A DNA stretch of 64,000 nucleotides, from contig BQFW01000012.1 of the NCBI GenBank assembly GCA_020891255.1, forward strand, positions 2,108,001 through 2,172,000. Direction: 5' to 3'. Both the position numbers and the translations under genes were made by a program. The DNA is from Entomortierella parvispora E1425. Lineage: Eukaryota > Fungi > Mortierellomycota. Below, one piece after another: positions 48,498-61,300 of this stretch. Below the pieces are notes generated by a model. The model saw only the letters and a list, made by a program, of their open reading frames with translations, did not search any database and had not been told where the DNA came from. Numbering within the stretch: the first letter of the stretch is position 1; every line of letters begins with the position of its first letter.

Positions 48498-51023
48498 CTA
48501 GAGGAAAGGATTTGAAATCAGTACCTTTTCGTCACCAGTCCCGTCTCGACCACCCTTGCCTTTGGGCTTGCGTGGAGGCCTAAGTAATATAGCAATATGG
48601 ACAAGTAAGCATAGATGTTTGAATTTTAACTCCCCCCAGCTGGATGATAAGGACATACCCCGGAGCACCAAGGGGACGAGGCTTCTTGCTCGAAGAATTG
48701 GGAGACAGGGCAGTCACCTCCCCAAGCCTGTACAATTTTGGCCTTCTAGGTGGCGTACAAAATCCTCCGGCGTGCTTGGGTGTGCGGGGAGGCGGCGTCG
48801 TCACAGCCAGCGATCTTTGAAGTTGTATTTGAAGCCTGATGGTGTCCTGGTACTTCACCAGCAACCCCTAAAAAAAATAATCCAATGACAAGCTCAGCAC
48901 TCTCTTTTCAACAAAAGTACTCTGTCAATAATGGTAAAAGAAAAATCCTTACCACGTAGTTCCATAGCAACATGGCTGAAGGACCATCTATGAACTCTTT
49001 CAGTTCATCTCGAGTTTTCGGCACAGTGATCGTTTCTCTGCAGGCTGCTCCCCCGAAAAATTTGGTACCATCATTCATAAAACCACAAATCATCGCTGTC
49101 ATTCCTAAGTTGGAGTATGAAAATGATATTGAAATAAGAAACATAGAAAGGGACGGGAGGAGGTGGGGGAAAGGAGCCTTTTTTGACATTTCCACCAAAT
49201 ATCAACCCAAAAAAAAAAGTCATTACAGACTATATAACTTACCCCTGATATCCAGGAACGTCATTCCCCCCAGTTTTACTCCGGCTTCCTGGGCGGCCAC
49301 CCATATCGCATGGTTAATGCGTAGATTTTTTTGATACTGCTGGTCGCACGTTGAAGTATTGTTCAGGGCCTTGGCCTCGACGTTCAAGACCTCCATTCCT
49401 TCGACCAGAAGTAGAAGGTCGACTTTCCGCCCAGAGTCGGTATTATTCACTAGATGCAGGAGCTTGGTGAACAACTTCTTCATGGATGTCGTTGCGTGAC
49501 AAACAAATTCACCGCTAGAAGATATAAAACGGTATCAGCTGGCTGATGACAATTTATACCATTCGATTTATGGTCGTAGTTTACCTTCTCATCTTGAGTG
49601 CTCCTTGACTCAGCGTCTCAAGACATTTCCGCCAAAGTGCAACGATCTCTGCTTCAGAAACGGGCTCTGATCCTTGGTCGATGGCTTCAGCACTTGAAGA
49701 AGGCCACAAGAAGGTGAAACAATGAGTAAAGAAGAAGTCACCCTCATCGCCCCCAAAATATCGCTCTCTGACCTGCCGGTTAAAAAAAAAAAACTTACAG
49801 ATCGCGTATCAGCCGGACCATTGCTGTCTCAGGAGGCCTCTCGTGTCCCTCCAATATCCTTCGCGCAGTGTCCCCAAGAATCTCGTCGCACTTTAGAACC
49901 AGGTAGCTCACCCCTATTACAAGGTACCGTTTCAGTTTGAGGAGTAATTGGGCCACGCTTTCGTCCGGAGCCAATAGCTCGGGGGTTTCGACGCTATAGC
50001 CTTCCACGTGGTCTGAGCGAAGGTCAATGATACCAGTCAAGGCCGTGCTAATTTTTAAATAGAAGGGCAAATTGTCAGACAAAAAGCAGACATCGATCCA
50101 CAACACTATAGCAGTAACAAAGGTGCTCGGTCATTACAACATGGCGCTACAATCGGTCGCCGACAGAGTTGGCTTGCTCAAGAAGTGAAGTATTTTCTCC
50201 ACCAAAATGTTCTCGACATCATCCAACTCCACCTGTGGAAGATTCAGATCGTCTACGGAGTGTCCATGGATCTTATCAACACAAGCAACCATAAGGGTCC
50301 ACCATGGCTCCTTCATTTGTATATCTTGGAGAAGATGTTCGAGATCTTCTCGAGAAGTTGAGACGCGATTAGTAAAACCCCTACTTGATTATTTGAACAG
50401 CCGCGTATAGATGATGAAGTGCAAACAAAGTTCTCACCTGTATTTGCACTATCGGCGACTTTGCCCTTGATTTCTCCAGAGCTCGATGTGGAGCAAAAGA
50501 CAGATTCCTCATCTGAATTTGTTGCGGCCTTGTCTAGTAAGCAAATTAAACAAATAAACAGGTGTTGACATGGGTACCATGGTTGTCATAGCGCTTGTGC
50601 CAGCTAAAAAGTACCTTGAAGTGCCCGATGGCCTGCAATACTTGCTTCCAAGAGAGTAATTCGACTCTGCCGCGCGACGACATTGTCCGCCTTAAGCAAT
50701 CGTACAAATTCTTGCCCTTCCTCGGATATGCAAAACAGGTAGTAGTGGCGGCAATGGTTCTTCATCAGGGTCAGATCAGGACCGCGCGTCGAGGAACGAC
50801 CGAGAAGGTGCATGTCATGTACGAAGTCGTCTGTATCAATATAGGCGTGGGCAAAGTATCCCTCGAGCGTCCACCACTGTGGCTTGACGTTCTTGTGAAA
50901 GTTGGATTTGAAAGATAACTCTGGAACAAGATCATTTCCAAGCGTGCTTAGGCCAGGTCCTGGCATAAGGTTCGGCGGAGTTTTGAGAATTTGAGGTTGG
51001 ATATGGAGAGGGGTTTCTGACAT
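48498..51023 (-). CDS. Multi-exon PD-(D/E)xK restriction-endonuclease-fold protein of the Mucoromycota accessory (Crinkler-REase-like) type
   Basis: Spliced exons give SEAEIVALWRKCL...SGEFVCHAT...SGRKVDLLL...EVLNVEAK...DQQYQKNLRINHAI...FLDIRG...PKTRDELKEFI...LLWNYV...TPPPRTPK, with D...ExK spacing plus a QxxKNxR helix. The last intron (48658-48580) is tentative; without it the ORF stops at 48580. Confidence 0.65.
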
Positions 51024-51298
51024 GGTGAGAGTAAGTCTTGTGCACTGCAGTCAAGTTGTGGGAAGGCGCGTAGATGTAGGTGAATGAGGGCAATACAGGT
51101 GGGTAATGGTAAGTGGTGATGCGTTGAATGGTGGCGAATGGAGTGTGAGAATGGTGGCGATGCCGATTGAGTGAGCGGTGGCAAATGCAGCAATTACTAC
51201 AAATCATATTTCGGTGACGTGTCGTTTTTTTCGCCCCGTATGAGAGTGGATGGGTGGTCTAGCTAGGCTTCCTCATTTCCACTATTAATCGCTCAAGG

Positions 51299-52994
51299 AT
51301 GGACAGAAAGCGCACAAATGGCGGGGTCGCCACCGCATCTGCAGAGAGTACTCCCCGACTATTGCAACAGGATGAGGTGCCTGATGAAGCATCCCTTTGG
51401 ACAATGACCCTTCAAGAACTTGTCAGAGTTGCAGAGTTGCAGGATACGAACGCGATCCTATCGGATACTCTAGAAAAACTGCCAGAGGGTGAGTTGATGG
51501 TCGATTGATATCTGTCATTTCTTGGGGGTTCATCTTCTTTAGAGAGGCCATGAGGTTCAATTGTAGACCAAATGTTTATCCATGGCTAAAATGACCCGGA
51601 AAAGAAAATTACTAGAGAGAATGTGAAAGAAAGAATTTGCCACTAATTTCCTCGATTTATATTCCTTTCCCCCAGGGCGACCCAGCCGGTCATTGACGGC
51701 TATTCAAGAAGCAACAGAGAAGGCTCTGGAAGAAAGAGAGTACGCACGGATTTGGAGACGCGTCTAGTTTCGCAATCTTCAGCTTTTCTAATTCTTGGAT
51801 CTTTCTTTCTCTGTGATGACTTGCTTTCTAGAGCGATCCAACGAACATTAGAAGGGATCAACCTCTTGTTAGCCATGCGAGATGCAGACTCCAACAATGG
51901 TACGGCGGTGAACCTGTGTGAGTTCATAGAATGACCCCCTGCACTTCTCGATCAAAGTTACCAACACTTTTTTTTTGTCATGCTTTCCACAACCTCTCTA
52001 GATGATTCTCCAGAGAGCAAGCGTAAAAAGCGCAAGATCGAGGCCGAAGGCCTTGTTTCAAACTCCAAAAAGATGCGAAGGTAATGAGACTTTTCGGGGC
52101 ACTTGATCTTCGTCCCTGAGTGTCAATTGATCTGAAAATGTTGACAGGATTGTACTCTTCTCCTTTTTGAAATTTATTAGATATTCGTCCGCAGAGTCGG
52201 GTGGAATCATCCCCGTAGGACAGCAGGTAGGAATTTTCAAACAGCCGCTCAGTGCTCAAATGCAATGCATGTTACGCAAAGAGCAATTTTTCTAAGATTG
52301 GACCTCTTTTTTTTTTTTTAAAAAAAAAACAAATAGGTGGCTGCCAGGACACCCAAGGACAAGAACAAACTGGAAGAGTGGATCTTGGCTAGAGTCCTGT
52401 CGTACTCTGCCGACAAGAATAAGTATGGGTTTTCTGATTGTACAGATCGAGGCGATCATGTCTATTACCGAAATCTGACCTAACATGATATCTTGCCTTT
52501 CTTTCTCTAGATATGTTGTTGAGGATGATGAAGCCGATGACTATGGAAAGAAGATGTAAGTTGTATCACAATTAGGCCACTCATATACCTCCACGTGCTG
52601 ACCACCAGTTGCCCCTTTTTGATTTTATCATGGACACAGGACCTACACTCTCAGTGCTCGGAGTGTCATAATGATCATGGATGACCAAGATTCTGTCCCA
52701 GAGTTTCCTGCAGGCCATACTGTTTTGGCACTCTACCCTTCGACGACATGTTTCTACAAGGCCATAGTAGTCCAGCCACCCTCAAAGGTACCCCCGTCAT
52801 GCCTGATATCTGGCAAAAGGAGTTTATTTGATATTTTCTGATGTGTTTTCTCACCATTTTGGACCGTTTCTGCACCTCCATCTCAGAATAAGGATTACTC
52901 GACTCCACTGTACCGGATCAAATTTGACGATGACGAAGGGAACGAGAGAACAGCGCCTCCTAGAATGGTTTTGGATTACCCCAAGCTCAAGTAA
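51299..52994 (+). CDS. SGF29: SAGA-associated factor 29 (tandem Tudor H3K4me reader); multi-exon
   Basis: Spliced protein contains QVAAR...EEWILARVLSYSADKNKYVVEDDE, TYTLSARSVI, FPAGHTVLALYPSTTCFYKAIV and FDDDE; NLS-like KRKKRK. Confidence 0.92.
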
Positions 52995-53373
52995 TGCACC
53001 GTCGACCCTAACTTTCCAGGACAAACCCTTTTTTTGGATCTACTAATGGCAATGACTTTCAATTTTGGAGGACTCCCTTTCATTACTTTTCTACCTTCAT
53101 ACTCCCCACTCAAACCTGCCCCCCGCCTGGACACTCTACATGAAACGCCGGCAAGTTTTTGTTGTAAAACTAGACATGCACACCCACCTGCCCACACAGA
53201 CAACACAACCACCTATTATTTGTTAGTACCCCCTGCCCTCCTCCCTACCATATTATTATTCCTTCAGCAGTAGCTTTTTGTACGATAAGAACGACGCCCG
53301 ATTTTGAAAAAAGAAAGGAAGAAAAGAGAAGAACAGACCCGATCAATAAACTAAAACGAGATATTTAGTCCTC

Positions 53374-53431
53374 CATCCCTGCATCCTTGCATCCTTGCAT
53401 CCTTGCGTCCTTGCATCCTTGCATCCTTGCA
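53374..53431. repeat. (CATCCTTG)n octamer repeat between convergent genes
   Basis: About 7 near-perfect units. Confidence 0.85.
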
Positions 53432-53703
53432 CCCCTATACCCTGGCATCCTTTTGACAGGCATTTTTTTTTTGTACAATTCTATTTCAATGCTTTAGTAA
53501 AAAATAAGAGACAATTCTGTGTTTTTTCCTTGCTGTCTAGCATACAACTCGATCTACAACGCCCTTTCCCATTGTTGTCTGAAGCAATCCATTTCTGCCT
53601 GAGAAAAAAAATAAAGTCCAAAAAAAGACTGTCGATCCAGCATAGAACAGGTCCGGGGCCAATCGTAGATCTCTTCCCCCTGATGATCCCTGTGGTGTTT
53701 TTC

Positions 53704-54897
53704 TTAACGTCTTGGACGCTCTCTGACCACCATCTTGTTAGGATGCTTCCTCGTCTTGCCTCCCTTGGACAAGACACCCCATGGACTCCTTGGGTCCTTG
53801 CCTCCCTTTGTCTTTCCCTTTCCTCCTCCGTGAGGATGGTCGCAAGCGTTCTGGGCAACACCACTATGAAGAAAGAAGCGCACTCGTTAATACACTGAAT
53901 CATATCCGCCGGAAAAAAAAGAAAAAAAAAAAAAGCATCAGCACAAAATTATTTCAATCAGGACATACCGAACGCTGGGACGAATACCCATCCAGCGGCT
54001 ACGACCAGCCTTTCCCAAGCTCTCGTGCATGTTGCCGGGGTTCGAGACGACGCCAATGGTGGCACAGACATCCACAGGGAACTTGCGGACCTCTCCACTG
54101 GACAAACGCACAATCGCATGGCCCGTCTCAGCCGTCGACAACAACTGAGCGTAGGTACCAGCGGAACGAGCGACCTGGGCAGGGCCGTTGCGCTTCATGC
54201 CAATGGCATGGATAATGGTACCGGTGGGGATACGGGACAAGGGCAAGCAGTTGCCCTTGTCAATGGGCAACGTCGTCGTGATGCCGTTTTTGGTCTGGTT
54301 CCAAGAGCTCTTGTCCAAGAACGAGTAAATGACAGAGCCGGGTTGAAGATCATGGGCAGCGAGGACATAGGACTGCTTGCCAGTGACCTGGTGCTTCAAC
54401 AAGGCGATCCAAGCCGTACGACCGGGATCGTACTCGATTCTCTCGACCAGTTGAGGTCCAGACTCGCGACGGTACCAATCCAAGAGACGGAGACGACGCT
54501 TGTGTCCGCCGCCACGATGCCGAACCGTGATACGACCCGTGTTGTTACGACCGGCGGTCGAGCGCTTGGCGACCGTGAGCGAGCGGACGGGCTTGCCCTT
54601 CCAGAGATGGTCTCTGGGCACACGCTTCAACCAACGACGACCGGGCGAGACGGGCTTGTAGGTTTTGAACTGGGGGGTGGCAGAGGAGGTGGCGGTGGCG
54701 TAGGTGCGGATGGCGTTGGTGGTGGGGGTGGCGAGAGAAGGAGTGGAAGAGGAAGGGACAGCCTTGTTGGAGATGTGCATGTTCTTAAAGGTGGAAAGAA
54801 GACGAGCCTCGGACTGGTGCATGGTGGCGATGCGGGTCATGCCCGAGAGGGCAGGTCGCTGCAATGACCGAGCGAGTCCTGCGAGGATCTGTGACAT
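53704..54897 (-). CDS. RML2: Mitochondrial ribosomal protein uL2m; 2 exons
   Basis: Mitochondrial presequence, [55 protein letters not shown]; exon 2 [14 protein letters not shown], stop at 53704. Confidence 0.97.
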
Positions 54898-55306
54898 CGT
54901 TGTGTTGGGGGTGAGTCTTTCCTGTCGACAAACAGAGGAGAGGGTGAAGAGTGGAGAAGAAGTGAATGAATGAATGAATGAATGCTATAAAGGCTGGAAC
55001 CCCCTGCTGGACTGTGGACGGAATCGCTGTTCGGTGTCCGTGTTCTGTGCTGGTGAGGAAGGGGAGTGTGCAGTGCGAGTGTGCAGTGTGTGTGTGTGTG
55101 TGCCTGGATTTGTTTACAGCCACCAAGGGCTGTGACTGCTGATCCGCTGCTCGTTTCCGGCACCTTTTTTGAAGTCAAGTGGAGAAGGAGTGTAGCATGT
55201 GCGACTATTAATCTACCATGTCGCACAGGGAGACCGCGCTTCAGTACTTGTTTCACCGCGTGGTTCTTCAACTTGGGGGGATTTTATTTGGAGATTCAAG
55301 ATTCAT

Positions 55307-58300
55307 TCACTTTTGGGAAAGATAAAAGTTGGGTGCACCCACGAGATCCATGGGACCCACATTGAGGCGCGAGCTGGATCGATCAGCGACACGTTTGGAT
55401 GAAGGCGATCCAGACACAGAGCCAGTATGAGATCCCGCCCTCGATCCTGGTCTTGATCCAGGGAGCGATCCAGGTCGAGACCCAGGACGAGACCCTACTC
55501 CTTCTCCTTCTCCTTCTCCTCCTCCTCCGCTGCCTCCTGATCCTCCAGGTCCACCAGCAGAAGCTGTACCAGGAAGAGCAGAAATCGTAGACGTGACTCT
55601 CTCAAAGCTGTTTTCGCGTGTCCTGTGAGGTCCCAGGGAACCGCTGTCGGGAGGGTGGCTCTCATAGTCCTCATCGTCGCTGTCAGTCGAGTCATCATCA
55701 TCATCGTCGTCGTCCGAGGAAGAAAGCGACAAGTCATCACAACTGGCTCGAGCACGATGACCAGTGACAGTGGCCTTGGGTGTGCCTCCAGACGATGCAT
55801 CATAGCTATGATTGCCGCTGCCACCGCTGTGGTTCCGTCCAAGGCTCGAACTTGACTGACTTCCAGACTGACTGCTGCCTGCCCGATGACGGGTCTGACC
55901 AACCGTTCCAGTGGGCCCCTGACTGCCACTCAAACTTCTCGACACCAAGGCTGCCCCCACACCTCCTGTCAGACCCGATCCAGATCCAGAGGAGGATCGA
56001 TGGGTATGATGTCCATGACCAGGGGCATACAGTCGAACTCTGGAGCTTGCAGAATGAGACCCACGGTTTCCTGCTCCAGTACTCGAAGACGACGCGCCCA
56101 GACCAGGCACGGGTGATCCCAATCTCGGTCCTGTACTGTCCTCTGCCAATGTCGTGACCTGTGGTGCAGCGGTTTCCATCAAGAATGAGGATCGGATAGA
56201 AGAGTACGACCGGTTGATGGACAGACTCTTGTTCAAGATCTCGGCCGCCATCAAAGTCGACTCTTCCTCATCATCCTCCACGATCCGGTCATGATGGGGC
56301 ACTGAATACAAGGATCCAAACTCATCCCGACTGCCCTTGCTTCCTTGACGATGATGACGATGACCTCGTGTAAAACCGTGCGGTCCAGTATTCATCAGAC
56401 CCAGTCCTTCGACTGCACCCGCGCCAGGCACAGCAGTGTTGGCGCCTCCCATCTGCTGGTTCAAGGCCGGATCGCCCGCAATCAAGCTGCGGCGGTATCC
56501 ACCCCATTGGTCAGGGACTGGGTTCGCCAGTTCTCCAAACGCTTGATTTCCATAGCCAGCACTCTCGCGTTTTCTGAAATCGCCGACCCGAGCACTCTCT
56601 GCAAAATGCTCCGTCAGGTCATCCAGCGTATTCACGAGATCGCCATATTGGTGGTGGTCATGGTGGCGAGGGTCGTCACCTCTGCCCAGACTGTAAGACG
56701 CTCCGAACGCAGAGTTCGAGTCCATGCCGATCAACATACCATCCTGGTCCACAAAATCCATGTTCTGCACCAACGGATGGCGCATGTGCATGGATTCATG
56801 CTCTGGCATCGCTTCCAAGTCTGCGCCCCAGTAGCCCGTGCCTGTACAGGTCAACACCACCGCATTCACATTGGCTCTCGTCATCTGCCAGAACTGCTCA
56901 CGTCTAGGCTCTGACCAAGTGTCCGACATGATCCTTCTTTCCAGTCCAGTGCCGCCTCCGAGAATTCCTTTGGTCATGTCCTCGAAATTCAACCCAGGCG
57001 TCTGAGCATCCGTGGGGACTCTGATCTTGAAAAGCTCGGCCGATTTCTCAGACAGGTTCATGGCCGCATCCAGCACCTCGAGAGCCTCCGTCGCATATTC
57101 GGCATCCAGGAGCAACCGCAAGAGCGGCAACACCAACTCGGGTCCAATCTCCAAAAACTCTGTTCGGGTGGTGTCGACCATGGGCAAGAGCAACTTTAGA
57201 CACTTGAGCGCCTTGTGTTTGTACATTCCATGGCTGTTGTAGAGAAGTCGCATAAAGAACAAGATTATCTCGGCTTGCAGATCCTCAATAAACAAGTTCT
57301 GCATCAAAGCTGCAATTTGTCGCCAGAAATCCTCCTGTGATCGGAACCGTTGCTTTGCATAGACGCCCAAAAGAGTAGAAATTCCAGGGTAGCCATCCCG
57401 ATCTGCAATCGTCACCAGATCCTTGGCCCATTGGAGACAGTCCTCAGTGATATCCTTGGTTTCCAGTCCTTCTGCCAGGAGGGGCAAGATGCCCAAGAAC
57501 AGGAACACGATCCTGAAATCCGAAGGATCAATCAACGCGTTCTCGGACACAAACATGATCCTCCGTAACAATCTCAGAGAAATCTGCTCGGTCGTTGTGG
57601 ATCGAAGACCCTTCAGAAGCAAAGGCTGGATCCCCATAAAGTCACTGTCCCATTGCTCTGGGAAATACGACAACAGGAACTCGAGCGTCTGGGCATCATT
57701 CAGATTCAATCGGCTTGTCACCACCTCCAGAATCTTGAGTCCTTCTAGATACTCTTGGTCGTGGCCCGTGTAAAGACAGGCGATGGACCCCCAAAAGATT
57801 TGTGGGAACTGCATCATCCTAGCAGAATCAAAGGTCTCCATGATGGACTGAAGAGAGATCAAAATCTCCATCGCAAATGCCTGAATCTCTTGACTCTTGT
57901 CTGCAATCGTGTTGGAGAGACGGGCCAGCATATCTGCCAACATGTGCTGGTTGAAGCTGGGTGAAAGCGCTCTAAAAATCTGAAAGGACCGGCATGCAAT
58001 ATGGCGAACAGGACAAGCCGTCGCCCACTGAAGGGCAGTCTCTCCCCATTGCTGTCTAATATCCATCTCCGAGGCCTGAAAAACCTGGACAGATCTGTAC
58101 ACCAGAGATTCGAGTTCGGGAGAGTCGCGCATGCTGAGGCTGATGATGTCGTCATAAGCCCACAAGGGCTTTCCTTCCTTGGTGTTCAAAAAGTCGACCA
58201 AGTCCGTCGATTCGTCAATAACATCCAAGCTCCTGGACTCTCGGATAATGATGGAGTGAATAAGATGGACCAGGAGAGAGCGCGTCTGATCGCAAATCAA

Positions 58301-61300
58301 GGCCGTATAGTGATCCAATTGAACAAACAGGGCCTGTAACAACAGCGGCAAATGTCGACGCAATTCTGCTCCTGCCTCCACAGCTAAATCCACCAACAGA
58401 ACCGTGGCCAACTGTCCTCGTGAGAACGCCGGTCGCTTTTCCATTCCATTGATCAAGCTGTCCAGACTGGCCAAGTAAAAGTTTGACACGAATGGCGGCT
58501 GGATATGGTTCCTCTCCTGTTTGAGTTTCGGGACCATGGCTTTTGGCGAAATCTCCTCGACCAGGATATCGACCATCTGAGAGCAAGCCGTCGTTCGTCC
58601 CAAGAATACAATCACTTTCTTGGCTGGATGTACAAATTCTGGGTTGCGCTTCTCAAGTCCGAGGTCCAACAAGAACACAATAATGGGTCGAATGTTGGCA
58701 AAGTTGTCTCCTGCGACCAATTGAATCCACAAGTTTTCAACCTCCTTGACATGATCATCTCCGTACTTGACTGTCAGGTAAAACAGATTTGTCAGGATCA
58801 CAAAGGACGTCAGACTGAGCTCGTCGTCCCGATCCACGACCAATTCCACATTGCCTAACCAGGGAGCAATGTAATACAACATCTCGCCCTGCCAAGCCGT
58901 GCGGACCAAATCAAACCGCATCATGGCCTCTGAAAGCAAAGAGTAGGTCTGCTCCGGTCGGTCCTGAGCCAATCTCGCAGAGAGGACATACTGCGCCTGA
59001 CGATAAATGGTTGGCAACTTGTTGACGATTCCGATTTCGTATTCGCCTGCACAAGTCTCTGGGAAGTAACGCGCCTCAATCACCTTGAGCAGCTTGATGG
59101 CCAAAGTTCGAATCTGGATGTTCGAGTCTCCACATTTAAACAAGGCAAGACTGAGCATTTGATGAACTTGACAAGGATAAGATTCTATCCTCAAGATGAT
59201 ATCCACCAAAGCTGTAAAGTGTCCCTGGATAAACTTTTGGGACATGTCGCCAGCGTAACATTGATGAAGAGCATCTTCCAAAAGTTCGCTGCGGTCCTGG
59301 TTGTGAATCAAAAGTGCCTCCAATGCATTTCTATCGAATGGATCCAGTGTTTTTTTTTTGGTTAGAAGAGAAAGACTGCTATCACATCATTATCATCGGG
59401 TGGCGCGACGCTACTTACTGTGCAATAGAGTGCAGTCTTTCATCTGGACTCCTGAAAACACTTTCGATCCAACGAAAGACTTCATCAACGTTGAAACATG
59501 TTCTCGTCCTGTCCGGCCGCGTGCTTGGCGTCGGGTTATTGATCGGTCCTTGCTAGAGACAGAAAAAAAAAGGGGGGGGGGGGGAAGAAGTCTTAACACA
59601 CTATTGCATGGAGGATCACACCAAGAAGACACCGTTATTCTGAACTTACACAAAGCGAAGCCATGGCCCGCAAGGCCGCCAGTTCCAGATCAAACTTTTC
59701 AGCCATCTGAACCTCATTCGCCAAATCCAGACCAAACCAAAACGACTTGTTGTCTCCATCGCGGATAAAACTATTCGGCCCATGGCCGCACCAGTCCTCA
59801 AAGACTCGGAACAAGGCCAGTCGAAGATCAAACGGCATGATCGTCTCCATGTTGCCCACCTGAGAGATGGCATTGTGCAAATGACAGACAAATCCACAGA
59901 ATTGCGTCCTCAACTTTACAAACTCCCACTCGTGCTGCACCTCGGAATCCAACAGGAAAATCAATGTTTCGCGCACATAGCCCTTTAGACTCGACGTAAT
60001 GTGCTCATCCTGAACCAACGCGTTATTCTGCAAGAGGGGTGCCGTCAAGTCCAAGATGTGCGCAATCTCAGCCCGGAGTCGATCCAGTTTTTTGTTGCGT
60101 TTGCCCTGATAAGGTGGTTTCAGACTCGTGCTCTTGGATCGAAACTCGTCATGAACTGAATACAAGTGAGGTTGAATGTCCTCCAAGAGAGCCTTGTATA
60201 AGTGAGCGTTGATCCTTCCCAGGGACGTCACCACAGACTCTCGAATCGAATAACGATCGCTGTACAAAAGGGGGAGAATCAACCTGAACAGATCCCGGGC
60301 ACAAGTAATCTTTTCAGAAGGCGCCGATTTTTTGCGACCATGTCCAGGTGCCGCTGGAGATTGATGGTCATGTCGAACCATGGTCGAACACACAAAAATT
60401 AGATATGTCCGCCATTGCTCCACCATTTCGTCCGTGGCCACCTGGGTCGTCTTGATTGAGAATTTGGAGGCCAGGGTACCACCACTGAGCGCCAAATCCG
60501 TGGTGGTGATGACTGCTGGGTAGAAAAGCATCAGGCGCCTGGTAATGGTATCCAGGCTTGAATCGCACAGTCCCGGAAAGTGATGGAAAATCTTTGTCAC
60601 CAACAGAGGAAAGCAATGACGCCAAATCGCGACATCGACGCCGTGCTCACTTCCAGCTAGAAGCGAGAAAACTTCGCCTGATCCCTTTTGGTGGTGAATC
60701 TGAAGTCGAATGAGTTCGTGCAAAGCCAAAGGACAATCCTTGAGTGCATTTCCATATTCATCCACTTGAAGAAGTTCCTGGACTGCATTCTGAAGTAGGT
60801 GAAAGATCCTGGTGACTTCAAGACGGGGCCGTACAGACACACTAGCAGGCATCCCTGCATCTTTTGCTTCTCCTGGACCACCGTTGGAGGGCTCTGGACG
60901 GTCAAAGGAAGCAGCCAACTGGAGGATATTGATGGCATACCGACGAATGACAGGAGACGGACTACAGAGAAACAAGAGTCCATTCTCCTCGGTGGTGTGT
61001 AACTGAGACGCAATGCTCACTTGTGGTCCATAGGACGAGAATGAGCGGGAGCCGTCTGTGGATGTCGCAGGACTGGAAAGTGCACCCGTTGAAATTTGAC
61101 CAATTTCATCCAATTTGGCGTTGAAATCCTGAGGGTTCTTGTCCCTCGTCTCCTGAATCCAAGCCTCCAGAATTTGAATATAAATGCCCAAAAGACCTCG
61201 CTCTGCCGGCATTCCTGATCCTGCCACTGTCAATCCTGCCAGCAGCTCCGAGAGTCGATCCTCGACAGTGCCGATAAAAGCTGAATAGCCAGCCACGGCA

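Noticed and set aside
46345-48660. Reading the shared atggacaa-GTAAGC block as a conserved intron donor of two divergent genes
   Set aside because: The opposite-strand reading (branch-like gcttac inside the last intron of the REase gene, followed by a plausible exon) explains the homology more simply.
55370-55490. PGSR 12-bp repeats in the TAO3 tail
   Set aside because: Ordinary low-complexity expansion in a disordered C-terminus.
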